Shown in pieces: positions 35,627 to 49,404 of a DNA stretch of 64,000 nt; the stretch's first letter is position 1; every line of letters starts with the position of its first letter. The notes below the pieces were generated by a model that was not told the DNA's origin, made no database searches, and saw only the letters and a program-made list of their open reading frames with translations. The DNA lies in assembly GCA_964016885.1 (NCBI GenBank), contig CAXHJY010001637.1, forward strand, positions 1 through 64,000, given 5' to 3'. This DNA comes from Eledone cirrhosa (taxonomy: Eukaryota). The position numbers were made by a program, and so were the translations under genes.

Positions 35627-35916
35627 ATAATCACAAGTGTTCCTTATATAGTTCGGAAAGAGTTTTGGGGGTTAAATCTACATCAAGATTCATTGCTCGC
35701 AAAAATATCTTGTTTTGATTTTGCAGCAGGTCAAGGGAGATAACTCTGGCCGGTGTTAGGGCAGTCTTTCCCGGATAAATGTTTTTTTTTTTTTTTTGTC
35801 GCATCCGTCTGTCTGAGGCTGGGTCTGGTATGCAAGGATTGTTTTCTGGGTGTTATTTTGCTGCGCCTGCCTGCCGGGGTGTTAAGACTTGTTGCAGGGA
35901 GATCCATTGTACTATT

Positions 35917-36708
35917 TCACTCTTCATTCTTAACCCATCTAAAGAAGGATATTTTTAAGCGATGTGTACAACTTATCGCTGTTTCAGCTCTGCTGTTGAT
36001 AAGCTCGTGGGGTGCAGTTATGATGTGGTAGAGCTCCATGAGGCAACGATCGCATTTCCTCTTGAATTTGTACGGTGCAGCCCTGCCGACAATCTCCCAG
36101 TGCGTGGAGAAGCTGATGTTTAAGTCCTTTAGTGATGTGATGTAGTCCGCGAGCGAAGTGGAGTGCCTTAGTTTTCTATTTGTGAAAGAGTGGAGATGTG
36201 TTCGAAACCTAATTTTGAACGGGCCGGAGGTGGCCCCTATATAATGTTTAACGCTATTGTGGCTAGTAATAGTGCATCTATATATAACCCTATCAGTCAA
36301 GCAGTATCCTCTAAGGGGGCAGCGTCCTCTGTCGCGGCAGTTGCAATTTCTGTCGCGGTTCCGTCTATTTCCCACGGTAAGGCTATCATTGTTGCTGCCT
36401 ACGTTGTTACCTACAATACCGCAGCTGTCGTTAGCACAATTACAACCCACAGCACGCGGGATGGTGCGATTGTTATTCCGCACGTCATGTTCTGCATGTT
36501 CCCCAGTCACTTCGCGGTCATTCTGGTTGCGTCTGCGGATGTTGTTGCCAACACTATTGGATGCTGTCAGGGAGTTGTTAAGGCCGATATAGTTATTGTC
36601 AGGTGTAGGTGCGTCTGTGTCGAGGTGCTGTGTCTTGGTGATCTTACTGTGGTTCGTTGTTCCTATGATGTCTGCACATGAACGCACATGTGTCGCAGCG
36701 CCTAGCAC
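35917..36708 (-). pseudogene. PLE linker (with ~110-aa Asn/Arg-rich insertion) + GIY-YIG endonuclease
   Basis: CNCRDRGRCPLRGYCL..RVIYRC...HYIGATSGPFKIRFRTH..SF...WEIV...CDRC...CTH. Confidence 0.88.
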
Positions 36709-36769
36709 GTCCCATACTCGTGCCGCTAAAAATAGCAGCCGGTTTTCTGGGACTAAAAATTAGCTTACG

Positions 36770-36884
36770 TCTGGAGCCGAGAATATTATATATAGATTTA
36801 TAAACTCAAATATTACACGGCTCAGAAATATTCCTTTCTTTGAGCTATTTAATTGTAAAAGACTATTTGAGTTTATAACTCTCT

Positions 36885-36890
<6 letters not shown>
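36770..36890 (+). mobile_element. 3' terminus of another family, starting at HHR stem II, joined head-to-head to the PLE fragment
   Basis: GAGCCG...CGGCTC-a-GAAA-TATTC with no 5' core; tail homologous to the island at 26-80 / 1106-1160. Confidence 0.55.
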
Positions 36891-36964
<74 letters not shown>

Positions 36965-37101
36965 AACACACACACATCACACGCGCATGCGCATATATCG
37001 GCATATATATATAGATATGTGTATATTGATAAATATATGTATATACTCTTTTACTCATTTACCTGTTCCAGCCATCCGCCTGAGGCCATGCTGGGCCACC
37101 G

Positions 37102-37154
<53 letters not shown>

Positions 37155-37160
<6 letters not shown>

Positions 37161-37360
37161 AATAAGTCAAATGTCTAAAATTTGGCTTCGTTTATTACTG
37201 CTATATATATTTGGTGACAGCCAGCTTTGGCTGTGACCTCTTCAGGCAGTCCGAATTAGTGTGGTAGAGACGAGTACACATGTTGTTGAGGTGTTTAACT
37301 TTGTCAATACTCTGATATGCCCAGTTTCTGGTTGGGTTGTTATTTCACTGAGGAACTGGA
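37155..37360 (-). mobile_element. Terminal fragment with a mutated HHR (37197-37250), same family as 53432-54090
   Basis: Aligns with 53437-53640; ACUGC-CUGAAGA-GGUCACAGCC(AAAGCU)GGCUGUCACC-AAA-UAUAUA-UA-GCAGU (G12 missing). Confidence 0.8.
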
Positions 37361-37935
37361 ATATATATAGGGTATATAGAAAAGTGACACACGAGTTGAT
37401 ATATATATATATAAACAAAAAGTTAAAAGGAAAAAAAATACGGTAGAAAATGCTGGAGGGATTTTTTCAGTATAATATCAAAACAATTATTCATAAAGTA
37501 GGGATTTTCACATTTAATAGTGTACTGGTTTCAGCTTTATATGCTTTTTCAACGACGGAAGTGAATATTGCAGTTAAATTGCATACGAATGATAATAGAA
37601 TAGAGAAAAAAAAATTTTTTTTTACATACATATTTAGAGAGGAATGTTCATATTTTTCTCTGAAGCCTTCTTTCGTTTTCTGTTAGTGTTGACCAAAAGA
37701 GGTGGTAGCAGTTTAAATTGTTGACTTCAACTGTTGGCTTCGACTGGTAGTAGTGGGGAGAGAAGGGGAAGACGAAGGAGAGGGAGGCGGCGAAGGGGAA
37801 GTAGTGGGAGGGACATGGGATAGGTATGGTAGTAATACCAGGGCTATGGTAAGGAAGGGGAAGGCGGAGAATGGGTAGGTGGAATAGAAGGAGACAGCAA
37901 GAAGCTGTGCTGGTGATAGACTTACTGTTAATAAT

Positions 37936-38122
37936 TGTTTCTATTTTTGGCACAAGGCCAGCAATTATCCCAGTGTATTACTGGTACTTTATTTTATCGA
38001 CCCCGTAAGGATGAAAGGCAAAGTTAACCTTGGCGGGATTTGAACTCAGACCATAAAGGGCCGTAACTCTATGCGACAAAGCATGGCGTCCGACCCTCTA
38101 CCGATACTGCCAATCCACCGCG
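37936..38122 (-). mobile_element. tRNA-derived SINE, complete, with a 15-bp target-site duplication
   Basis: TSD cttactgttaataat at 37921-37935 and 38123-38137; minus-strand A-box-like TGGCAGTATCGG and B-box GAGTTCAAATCC; core gcctttcatccttacggggtcgataaa. Confidence 0.9.
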
Positions 38123-38285
38123 CTTACTGTTAATAATGAAGCGCAAGGCGTGGGATTAGTTTGTGTCGACTGAGGAAGTAATAGCTTCTAAAAATATCTA
38201 TCTTGGTATTCCTGTCTGAAATGTTAGCATTCTTATATTGACCTGCAGTGTGGGTGTTTCTAAGAGATCTTCCTTTTCAGACATG

Positions 38286-38369
<84 letters not shown>

Positions 38370-38405
38370 AGAGATAGATAGATAGTGAGAGAGATTTGAG
38401 ATATG

Positions 38406-38438
<33 letters not shown>

Positions 38439-38559
38439 TGGGGGAGAAAAGGAGAGATAGATAGATAAATAGAGAGAGAGATTTGAGAGATGATATATAT
38501 GTATATATATAGAGAGAGAGAGAAAGAGAGAGAGGGAGAGAGGGATGAGAGATAGATAT

Positions 38560-38591
<32 letters not shown>

Positions 38592-38593
<2 letters not shown>

Positions 38594-38935
38594 TTCTTTA
38601 TTAGCCACAAGGGCGCAACAAGAAAAGGGGACAATACAAAGACATGCCGGGGATTTTACATACAATCGTGTAAAAAATATAAAAACAAACAATTTCAACA
38701 ATCGAAATCCCCAATAGGGGGTAGGCGCCACAAATGGGTTGTTTAATACCCCGTCGATAGAACAACCCTCAACTCCAGGAGCGTGTTGTGCAAGTGCCCC
38801 TTTCTTCCTTTTGCTCTCTTCCTCAACCTACAGGCTTATAAACAGAGAAGGCCCAATCACTCGGGCCATTTTCGCTTCATTCACCCACCTTTCAGTAAAT
38901 TTACTGGGGTGCAGTGCCTCTCTCTCCACTCCAGA
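38592..38935 (-). mobile_element. 3' fragment of a Tx1-type LINE flanked by (GATA)/(GA)n
   Basis: EREALHPSKFTERWVNEAKMARV...* then 3' UTR with AATAAA running into (TCTA)n. Confidence 0.7.
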
Positions 38936-38936
38936 T

Positions 38937-39008
<72 letters not shown>

Positions 39009-39319
39009 GAGAGAGATAGAGAGAGATGAGAGATAGATAGAGAGATATAGAGAGAGCGAGAGAGAGAGTGAGAGAGATATATATAGTGACACCCGTGTCT
39101 GTAGAGCTTTTCTCGAACGGGCAGAGCCCCCCAGTAGCACTGCCAGGCTAGGGACCTCTGGAAGTTGTCCATGGGTCCCGGGCCGAAAGTTCTACCGAAC
39201 AGGCTGGCCAGTTCGTCCTCCTCCATGCCTAGCGACTCTCCAAAGGTGTCATCGCCTCTTCTAGCCACCAGCCCTCTATAGAATGTCGAGGTGGATTCTC
39301 CACTGATAGTCGGGTCCGA

Positions 39320-42300
39320 TTTCATAAAACTGTCTGGGGCCAAGCACTTCTCTCTCCATCCTGATCCTTCTTCCGAAGTGGTATCGGAAGAAGTAAACCA
39401 GGTGTTGGCCGGAGAGAAAGTAACCCGACCTCAGACCTTTTAGGCGCGTCCACCACACAACCTCTTTCATCATGGCTATTACGCACAGAAAGACCGCCTC
39501 TGCTTCATTTCTGAAGGGAGGAGGCGGCTTGATGTTTACCACAGACTCGGCGGCCAATCGAATCGGTGCCGCACGCGACAGCAGTCGTTCGACGTAGCCC
39601 CACAGATCGGCAACGCCCGAGCAGTGTACTAGTGCGTGCGCAACGGTTTCCTCGTCGCGCACGCATCTGGGACAGATCTTTTTCGCGGGATTCCTGCCGG
39701 GGCACCCGTGTCTGTAGTGCTTTTCTCGAACGGGCAGAGCCCCCCAGTAGCACTGCCAGGCTAGGGACCTCTGGAAGTTGTCCATGGGTCCCGGGCCGAA
39801 AGTTCTACCGAACAGGCTGGCCAGTTCGTCCTCCTCCATGCCTAGCGACTCTCCAAGGGTGTCATCGCCTCTTCTAGCTACCAGCCCTCTATAGAATGTC
39901 GAGGTGGATTCTCCACTGATAGTCGGGTCCGCTTGCCAGATAGCCGTGAGCGCCTGGGCACACTCGGTGTGCCAGTTGCCCAGTTTTCTCGGTCTTTGCT
40001 TCACCCAGGATTGCAGCTCGGTGAGCGAGACGAGCTGTGGGAAGGCTCGCCTCACAAACGGGGCCCACACCGGCTGACCGGTGAGGAATACCTGTAGATT
40101 CCGTAGCCTCAAAGCGTGCCTACGCATCAACAGCCACGGCATACCCAGCCCTCCTTTCGAAGGGTGCTGGCAGCAGATGGATCTCCTCACCATGGGAGGC
40201 CGCTTCTTCCAGAGGAACTGGAAGAGCATGCGCTCCATGATGGTGAGCGTTTCCTTAGGGCAAGGCACAACGGTCAGGCGGTAGTAGATGACGGACGCTA
40301 TGTAAGCGTTCGCTACCTCCGCCCGACCTTTCAGTGATAGTTTGCACTTGGCCCACTTCTGGGTCAGCGCAAACACCCTACTCGTCACCTCGCCCCAATT
40401 CTTCTCCACCTGGAGGTCCGGTCCGAACCAGACCCCGAGCAGCTTCACCGGGCCCTCCGTCCACCGCCCGACGACACCGTCTAACGGCATCGGTTTGCCC
40501 CTCCACGTTCCGAGCTGCAAACCGACTGACTTGGCCCGGTTCAGCCTAGCCCCCGTCAGCCTTTCGTATTCCTCCAGTAGGGTGGCGATCGCCCCAATTT
40601 CCGAGGCGTCCGCCACAAATTACTGTTACGTCGTCGGCATAGGCCGAGACCGCTTTGTGCAATCTCGGTTCCAGGAGTATGCCCCGCAGCAACTCCAACT
40701 TCCGCAGCAGTGGCTCGAGAGCCAATACGTACAGAAGGGAGGAGAGAGGGCACACCTGCCTGATGGACCGGGTGATTTGAAACGGCTCCGAGGGGTAGCC
40801 GTTTACTTTAACCCTAGAGCAGACGTTGCCACTGTGCATGGCAGAAATCCAGCCCCTCAAAACGGGTCCGAAGCCCGCCGCCGCGAGCACCGATTCCAGG
40901 TAACAATGGTCGACTCGATCGAACGCCTTAGATTGATCCAAGTTGATCAGGGCCCCACCAAAGCCGGGTTCGTTCCCAACCCTCTCTACGATGTATCGCA
41001 TGAGGTGGAGGTTGTCGTGAATGGACCTGGACGGGATAGCGCATGTCTGCACGTCTCCCACCAAGCCACCCACCACAAGCGCCAACCTCTTCGCTAACAC
41101 CTTGGCCAAAATCTGTAACTCTGCATTCAACAGAGTTATGGGCCTAAAGTTACTTAAGTCGTCCCCCTTGCTCTCGTCCTTCCTCACTAGCGTGACTACG
41201 CCCTTGGTCACAGAACAGGGAATTCTCCCGTTCTGTTGCCAGTTGCAATAGACAGCCTCGAGGAGTTCGGAGAACAAAACCGGCATAGCTAAATAAAGTT
41301 CGTATGGTAGACCATCGAGACCCGGAGATTTGCGTCTGCTGCATTGGCTGAGCGCTTCCCCGATTTCAGTGGCAGTGATTGGCCTTTCGCAGCACTCCGC
41401 TTCGCCGCTCGAAAGACGCGGTAGACCGTCGAGGTATGGACCGAAGTCCACATCCCCGCCCGGCCCCCCGCCCCCTCCGAACAGTCGAGCAAAGTGCCTT
41501 TGAAAGGCCTTGCACATCCGCTCAGGTTCAAGCATCACCCGTCCATTCTAGTCTCGCAAAGACCGAATGGTGGATTTAATCCCACTCTTGGCTTCTGTCA
41601 CGCGGGCCCAGCTAACAGTTTTGGTCCTCTCGTTTCCTAAAGCACGTATTTTACTTCGGACAACGCAGCCTTCGTGTTTCGCGTCAAAGAACTGGCTCAA
41701 CGCCGTTCTCGCCGCTAACACTCTGGCCACGTCTCCGCTCCTAATCGCCTCTTCTAGTTTATCTGTCAACTCCCTTTCCCTTCTATTTTTATTCGCCGCT
41801 AGTTCCTTACTGTAACCTATCGAACTTACTCTAATCTCTCTCTTTAGAGATACCCACCACCTGCTGTTGACGATCGCTCCCGGCAACCGCATCTTAACGA
41901 AGCTACTAATCCGGTTCCTGTAATCTTTCTTTGCCGGCAAGGACAAGTTCATCTTCCAGTAACCGGGACCCTGTCTATGCCTTCTATCAAGGTTGACCAC
42001 GCAGGTCACTAATTTGTGATCTGAATAGCCAACCATGAGCAATTCTGGACAACTAAATACGTCCCTATCCTTACTCCTAACCAAAAACCTATCTAGGTAC
42101 GATCTAGATTGACCACTGCGGTTTGACCAGGTCCAGGTTGGCAAAGTTGGAAAATCTATTCGAAATCGATCGACCCGGTCGAATCGATCGAGTAACCCCT
42201 TGAGGCTGCTACACCCCCCTCTATCGAGACATGCCCCTGCATAGTCCCAACGCGCATCTAGGATTCATTTCCAGTCCCCCACTAAAAGCAGGGAACGCGA

Positions 42301-42687
42301 CGTTCCTAGAAAAGTCTCCAGACGCTGGAAGAAGTCGGCTCTTTCAGCCCCGAAGTGGGCATAAAGACCGACCAGTCTGAAAGCCCCGCCTTCACCGCCT
42401 CCGACGTCCAGCACCAGTAATCGACCCCCCGGGTCCGAGTGAACAATCTGTACGTCGAGAGCCAGACGTTTATCCAGCAGTACGGCAACCCCACACCCGC
42501 CTCCGGGTTGACAGAGAGATGCGTGCATCTCAAAGTCATCGAAGGCGGGAGCCAGCTGTCGCACGCTGCTGATCCGACTCTCGCAAACAACCATCACATC
42601 TATACTTCGTGACCTGAGGTCACTTAGAAGCTTTGCTTGCTTCCAAGCTGAGCCCAGGCCACGCGCATTCAAACAGCCAACTCTCAA
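39320..42687 (-). pseudogene. Tx1-type ORF2 (APE, RT, zf-RVT)
   Basis: [89 protein letters not shown]. Confidence 0.92.
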
Positions 42688-42692
42688 TTGAT

Positions 42693-44827
42693 TTATTTTG
42701 GTGTTAAAAGTGAAGAAAGAAAAGCACCTACCTCTCGGGGTTGTATAATTTCCATGGGGTCGGGTGTGTTGGGTGGAGGGATGTTTTGTGGTGGTGTGGG
42801 GGTATCCGAGTGTGGTGGGGTTGGGATATTTGGAGTTGTGTCAGGGAGAGGGGAGGTTATGGGGAAATCTTTCAAGAGGACGCGATTTAACGGTTTTAAA
42901 CAGGGGGGGGGGGCTCACGTCCTGTTTAAATTGTTCTTTTAAGGAACGATAAAGGTCCAGAGGGACCTTTATTTTTAAATGGGTGAAGTTCTCTGTTGAG
43001 ATAAAGTTTGGCCCTTCGGTCTGCACCAAAGGGCTATTGTTTATTAGTTTAAACAGTTTTTTGTTTTCTTTATTTATATATGTGTATTGTAAAGTCTTTT
43101 TTTGTGATGCTGTCAATGTTTCGAAGGGGGGAGGCGCAGATTTATTTTTGTTTGTCGAGGGTGGGGTGTTTTTGATTGGAGTTGGTGTTTGTGTGTGGGT
43201 TATTTGTTGTTGTGGTGTGCTGGGTGTGTGCTTTCGATTTTTTCTTTTAACTTGTCTGAAGGCTTCTCCCCCTTCTTCTTCAGAAGTTGGGGGAAACTCT
43301 TCAGCGCTAGGTGGGAGGGAGGTGGTGTCTGGTTGGTTTTTTTTTGCGGGAGGGGTAGATTTGTTGCTGTTTTTTTAAATTATTTGTTTGGAATGTGTAT
43401 GGGGTGGTGGTGGTGATGTTTGTGTCGTGCTTGTGGTTGGTGATGGTGGTGGTGATGTTTGAGTTGTGGTTGGTGATGGTGGTGGTGATTTTTGTGTCGT
43501 GCTTGTGTTTGGTGGTGGTGGTGGTGATGTTTGTGTTGTGCTTGTGGTTGGTGGTGTCTGTATTTTGTTTGCTGTGTGTGGTATTAGTGTATTTTTGGAG
43601 GTGGGTGGTGTTGGTGTACTGTTTGTGGTGGGTGTGGGCAATAGTCCTTTTTGGGGGATACGACTCGGGCAGTTAGCCTTAACGTGTCCCCTTTCCGTGT
43701 ATGAATAGCATGCTGGTCTTCTCCCCTCTACAATTATATATATTGGGGTGAGGTCATCCAGCCAGATGCGATCCGGGATTTGCGCTATTCTTTCGGGCCT
43801 CATTTGGACTAGTAGGTCGAGGCCCATTCCCAGGAACGCATCTCCAGATGCCTTCCCCATTGACAGCACTGTGTCCTCGCCCATGTCTATGAAGCCAGCA
43901 ATAGCCCACCAGAAGTCCATTGTGGGCAGCATTGTCTGTATTTTGACTCTCTGAGTTCTTCTACCAATGTAGGAGGGATAGAAACTGTATGCTGTTGATG
44001 TGAGTGGGCTTAGGGAAAGCCTCTGTGCTGTTTCCTTGTCTTTTGTTAAAACAGAAATGCTGCCATAGAGTCGGTCCTTTCGTATGAAGAGAATATTCTT
44101 CATATGGTCTTTTAGGACCAACTCTATCTCCATTTGGCTGGGCTGTGCTGGCTTTCTCGTGTGGTTTAGGACTGTTCTAAACAGAACAGTGTTTTCTAGT
44201 CTCGTTTTCTTGAATTCTAGGGGGGGAATTAATGGAAAACATTCCGTTCACCCCCAAGACTATGTGCTTTTTTGCTTCTGCCAGTTTCTCTCTGGCGGCA
44301 GTTAAGTCAATAGGTGTATATATGATAGATTTTTTTATTGTCTGTGCGAAAGTTGTTTTTGTTGTGTTTGTGTTATTTATGTTGGTGTATTCGTTCACAT
44401 TTTTTTTTTCTTTGGGGTTAGACTCCATTTTTTCAAAATCTTCACTTATATTTTCATTATCCGAGAGACTTGTAGTCACAGCTACTACTTCTCTTTCACC
44501 TTTGCTGGTGGGCGTGGCGCCGTGAAAATTCGAAACGTCATCCATTAATTTTGGCAATTTCTCCGAGTTAATTTTTTTCACATTCTTTTCATTAGGGTTC
44601 GGTTCCATTTTTTCAATGTTTCTAATAATAATTTTTCTTTCAGTAGGGTGGCTTGTTGCCTCAGCTACCCGCTCTCCTTCAGTTTGTTTAGTAGGCGTGT
44701 CATCGTTACCTGTGGTAATGGCTTCCATTACCACTAGCGTAGACACAATTGCAAGATTTTTAGTATGAAAAATTTCACCCCAAAAGGGGTGAAATAAATT
44801 AACCCTAATGTCCGAAAACCCAGGCAA
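42693..44827 (-). pseudogene. Tx1-type ORF1, fragmented, with a decayed zinc knuckle and Pro/Thr-rich repeats
   Basis: VEGRRPACYSYTERGHVKANCP (CCHC with the second C lost); tandem TTQTSPPP repeats. Confidence 0.75.
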
Positions 44828-45261
44828 GGGGATTAATTAACACAATAACGCAAGAATACAGACAAACTCTTACTGTTAACACGTAATATCTCCAATATTC
44901 GCGGAGCCGATGTGAAGCACGTCTATGCCATCCGGAGATAGATAGATAGAGAGAGGGAGCAGTGATAGCCCGTTTCATATTGAACGTAATCTAGGTGTTT
45001 GGGGGATTTTATGAATCCGAGCTGCTGTGATTATTGTAACATGGATTATAAGTGTGTGAAAGAATATATTATCGTGTGCATGTGTCTGTATATGTATGTA
45101 TGTGGATATATGTGTGTGTATGTGTATGTATGTGGATATATGTGTGTGTATGTGTATATATGTGAATATATGTGTCTATGTATGTATATGTGTGTGTATG
45201 TGTATGTGTGTGTATGTATGTGTATGTATATGTGTGTATGTGTACGTATGTGTATATATAT

Positions 45262-45295
<34 letters not shown>

Positions 45296-46442
45296 GTGTG
45301 TCTATTTGTTGTTTTAGTTGTAATATATTCATTCTACAGGCTTTAGTTACTTTAAGGCTGCGATGTTGTTTTACCAACTCACTCCTGTTTTCGTTCATAC
45401 TTTACTCTCTGCATAGCTTATTGAGTTCTGTTTAATATTCTTTAACAAAGTACATTTAACAAAAATATGGGATATAGTATTGTTTTTCTTCGGACTTTAT
45501 TTTGTAAAGTTTTCAAAGGATGTTTAACGTCTTTTTCTTAAGGATTATTGCTAGGCTATAAGGTGTAAATCCATAAAAGTGAATTATTAAAGGATTTTAT
45601 GAGACTTGGTAAAATTCTAAAGGATGTGACGTGTGAATGAGGAGAAATAAATATTCTTATGAAAAAACAAAATGATTAAAATATTAATAACCTCAACAGA
45701 GGACAAAATAGGACCAGAAATAACATTTTATAAGTGGAAATGCTAAAATAAATAACGGGGAAAAATACATTTCTTCATGGAGATTATATTTTGAGAATAC
45801 ATAAGCCCATTATGTTGTAGTTTTCAACAAATTCTTAAAATTGAAACTGAATGATTTGAAATAATTTCGCACAGCAATGAAGACACCTGGCGTTCTTGCC
45901 ACACCACACCTCCGACCATGTCACTACTCACTGCTATCGGAACGGAGCGGAGTTGACAGACAGCATCTACAAACCCCACAAGGTGGAGTGACTGTTCCAG
46001 CGCGTCTTCCCTTGACCACATGCTCCCTCACTGATTTCGGAGCAGAGTTGACCGCTTGTATGTACAAGCCCCACAAGTGGAGGGGCTGTTCCAACGTGGT
46101 CTCCCTCGCCATCCTCCAGGGCAATATATTTCCCATCCTGTCAGCCAGGATCCAGAGGCGGAGGGTCAGTTAGTTGGAGGTGGAGGATATTCGTTCGGAC
46201 ATCACTTTCTTTCTATTTCTTTAATGCTGTGTCCTTATTTATGCTGTGTCCTGTCACATACTCACCAACATGAAATAGATATAGTTAATTAGTTACCTAC
46301 CTAACTGTGTGTGCTTGCACACTTTACAAATTATTCCCTGTGATTGTTTCATATGTTTATTTTATACATATATACGTCAATCTATTTCTAGTTGATATAA
46401 AATGCTCGGATCTATTCATTTGAATCTTATGTAATATATAAT

Positions 46443-46492
<50 letters not shown>

Positions 46493-46708
46493 AGGTCGAC
46501 TTAAACATGGTTTCACTCCAGCTAAACCATTGGTTTATCATTAACTACCCACGATCTGCTATGTTACGTGAATACAATTATCTGACGTACCCCACGGATT
46601 ATATCTCGGAAAGTTTTGTTCTACATCATTGTTGATTGTAATAACATATTAAACTGTGATTCGGTCTTGTTATTTCATAAATTACATCTCTCTATCTACA
46701 ATTGGTTT

Positions 46709-46834
<126 letters not shown>

Positions 46835-46861
46835 TGTGTAAACAAAGAAAGAGCGATAGAG

Positions 46862-46909
<48 letters not shown>

Positions 46910-47001
46910 CATAGTTACATACATACATAAACATACATATATATATATATATATATATGTATATAACCCCCCCTCCCCACACACACACACACACACACAC
47001 A

Positions 47002-47043
<42 letters not shown>

Positions 47044-47548
47044 ACAATCAAATGACTATTAGCTCATGATTTAACAATACATTGTTAAAGGAGAGGACAA
47101 AGATACAACAAATGTAGAGTTTCCATTTCTGAATACGAGGGAAGATACAGGTTCAGGAATTAGGAAGATTGGCTTACACAAACTTACGAGAAAAAACACA
47201 TAAAAATAAAGGTTAAACAAATAAAAAGGTAAGTAAAAATATAAAAAATAAAAACATCTTAATTAAATACATTGGAAGACTAAACGCAAACATTCCCCAC
47301 TAAACGCAAACCTTAAGATTGATGAAGCTTTAATGCAGCGAAAAGGAAATGTAATGAAAACTGTCAAGACATACATGAAGCCGTTTAATACACCATCTGG
47401 CCAACAACACTGGTCTGAATTACTTTCAGAGTTGTGATTTAAAAACATACACGTAAGATCGATATTACCTCCGACGTCACATTAGTGGTGGATGTTTAAA
47501 ACTGACACCCGTCATTACTAACATAAACCACTGCCTCTCTTACCCTCT

Positions 47549-47621
<73 letters not shown>

Positions 47622-47674
47622 ATATAGATATATATATATTGATATAGATATATATATCAATATATATATATATA

Positions 47675-48115
47675 TATATTAAGATAGGGGGGAAGAAAAA
47701 ATGGCTTCACTTGTGCTTTCAACAAATTTATTTTCTTCACAAAATCCAAAAAGAATTTTTCTTAAAAAAAATTATTTTATAAATTAAGTTGTTGGTTGTT
47801 GGTTAGGTCTTAGGAGTTCTTGGTTAACGTAGGAGGTATTGTTTCGTTTTTAGAAAGACCTTTCACGCTGAGGTGCGCTTGTCAACTCATGTGTATGTGG
47901 TGTGTTGTTCTATATATAGGGATTTAACATGTCTGTGGTGTGGTGGGGGTTTCTTTTCTCCAACAACCAACAACTTAATTTATAAAATAATTTTTTTTAA
48001 GAAAAATTCTTTTTGGATTTTGTGAAGAAAATAAATTTGTTGAAAGCACAAGTGAAGCCATTTTTTCTTCCCCCTATCTTAATATACCTAACTGTACCAA
48101 GGATTACACACATTT

Positions 48116-48120
<5 letters not shown>
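47675..48120. mobile_element. Fold-back insertion (~127-bp arms, ~157-bp spacer, ~35-bp tail)
   Basis: 47675-47802 is the inverse of 47960-48086. Arms contain GTGAAGA...GAAAGCAC, at best a decayed HHR. Confidence 0.85.
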
Positions 48121-48199
<79 letters not shown>

Positions 48200-48268
48200 T
48201 ATGAAGAGAGAAGAAACATTTAGATATAATTAGTAATAAAATGTATCATACCTAAACTGCCCCTAAAT

Positions 48269-48358
48269 TCCTCGACTACGTAGTTTCGTGGCATAAACAA
48301 AAACAATATATCATAAAGACATAGAGTCCCTGCGAGGTCTGCCGACTTATCAAGAGGA
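48269..48358 (-). ncRNA. Type I HHR, U3-A8 core, long stem II insertion, GUC (C17 at 48274)
   Basis: UCCUC-UUGAUAA-GU(C)GGCA[~46 nt]UGCCAC-GAAA-CUACGUAG-UC-GAGGA; stem III is the palindrome ACUACGUAGU. Confidence 0.85.
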
Positions 48359-48863
48359 TATCTCATTTTACTAGTCTCAAGAACGCGTCTACACGACGTG
48401 AGAAAGAATCCCAAAAGGCGGAGGGGGAGATAGTCACGCGATATAACGGTCGAGAAACAGAGCTAAGCCTCTTATAACCACGAAGAAAATACCACGGAGG
48501 CGGAGGGGGTATTCATATCGAGGCCGCAGAAGAGGTGGTGAAGAAGGCTAGAAGTATGAGTAATGGAAGCTTTCCAGTTGTCCCCTCACTTCAAAGATTG
48601 CTCGACCAGAGGGAGTTATTAACAATATATTTAGAAACACACAGATACATGCGGACACACACATATATACATGAATGCATCCGCACCCAACTGTGAGTTA
48701 AGGGTGCCAACTTCACCGATGTTGCTCAATGAATGACCGGGACAGACCAATTCAGTTGAACTAGACTGAACCAGTATCAGAGTTAAAAGTACATTATGAA
48801 GAGAGAAGAAACATTTAGATATAATTAGTAATATAATGTATCATACCTAAACTGCCCCTAAAT

Positions 48864-48953
48864 TCCTCGACTACGTAGTTTCGTGGCATAAACAAAAACA
48901 ATATATCATAAAGACATAGAGTCCCTGCGAGGTCTGCCGACTTATCAAGAGGA
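48864..48953 (-). ncRNA. Second identical U3-A8 HHR, 595 nt upstream (C17 at 48869)
   Basis: Same motif. A third copy on + (49090-49171) starts mid-core at ATAAG. Confidence 0.85.
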
Positions 48954-49404
48954 TACCTCATTTTACTAGTCTCAAGAACGCGTCTACACGACGTGAGAAA
49001 GAATCCCAAAAGGCGGAGGGGGAGATAGTCACGCGATATAACGGTCGAGAAACAGAGCTAAGCCTCTTATAACCACGAAGATAATACCAATAAGTCGGCA
49101 GACCTCGCAGGGACTCTATGTCTTTATGATATATTGTTTTTGTTTATGCCACGAAACTACGTAGTCGAGGAATTTAGGGGCAGTTTAGGTATGATACATT
49201 TTATTACTAATTATATCTAAATGTTTCTTCTCTCTTCATAATGTATTTTTAACTCTGATACTGGTTCAGTCTACTTCAACTGAATTGGTCTGTCCCGGTC
49301 ATTCATTGAGCAACATCGGTGAAGTTGGCACCCTTAACTCACAGTTGGGTGCGGATGCATTCATGTATATATGTGTGTGTCCGCATTTATCTGTGTGTTT
49401 CTAA

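Larger units (their letters stand above)
35370..36710 (-). mobile_element. Third 5'-truncated Hydra-like PLE
   Basis: GIY-YIG ORF 35917-36708, 3' UTR with a decayed HHR, ends at (TA)n. Confidence 0.85.
39085..44935 (-). mobile_element. Near full-length, frameshifted L1-clade Tx1-type LINE in a (GATA)/(GA)n microsatellite
   Basis: ORF1 pieces 44827-42693; ORF2 42687-39320; 5' end abuts gatagatagatagagagag; 3' end replaced by a duplicate (39088-39319) of 39703-39930. Confidence 0.9.

Noticed and set aside
47266-47437. Plus-strand frame IDEALMQRKG...KTYMKP resembling a piggyBac transposase motif
   Set aside because: Short, weak similarity with no other transposase motifs or TTAA-flanked TIRs; needs BLASTX.
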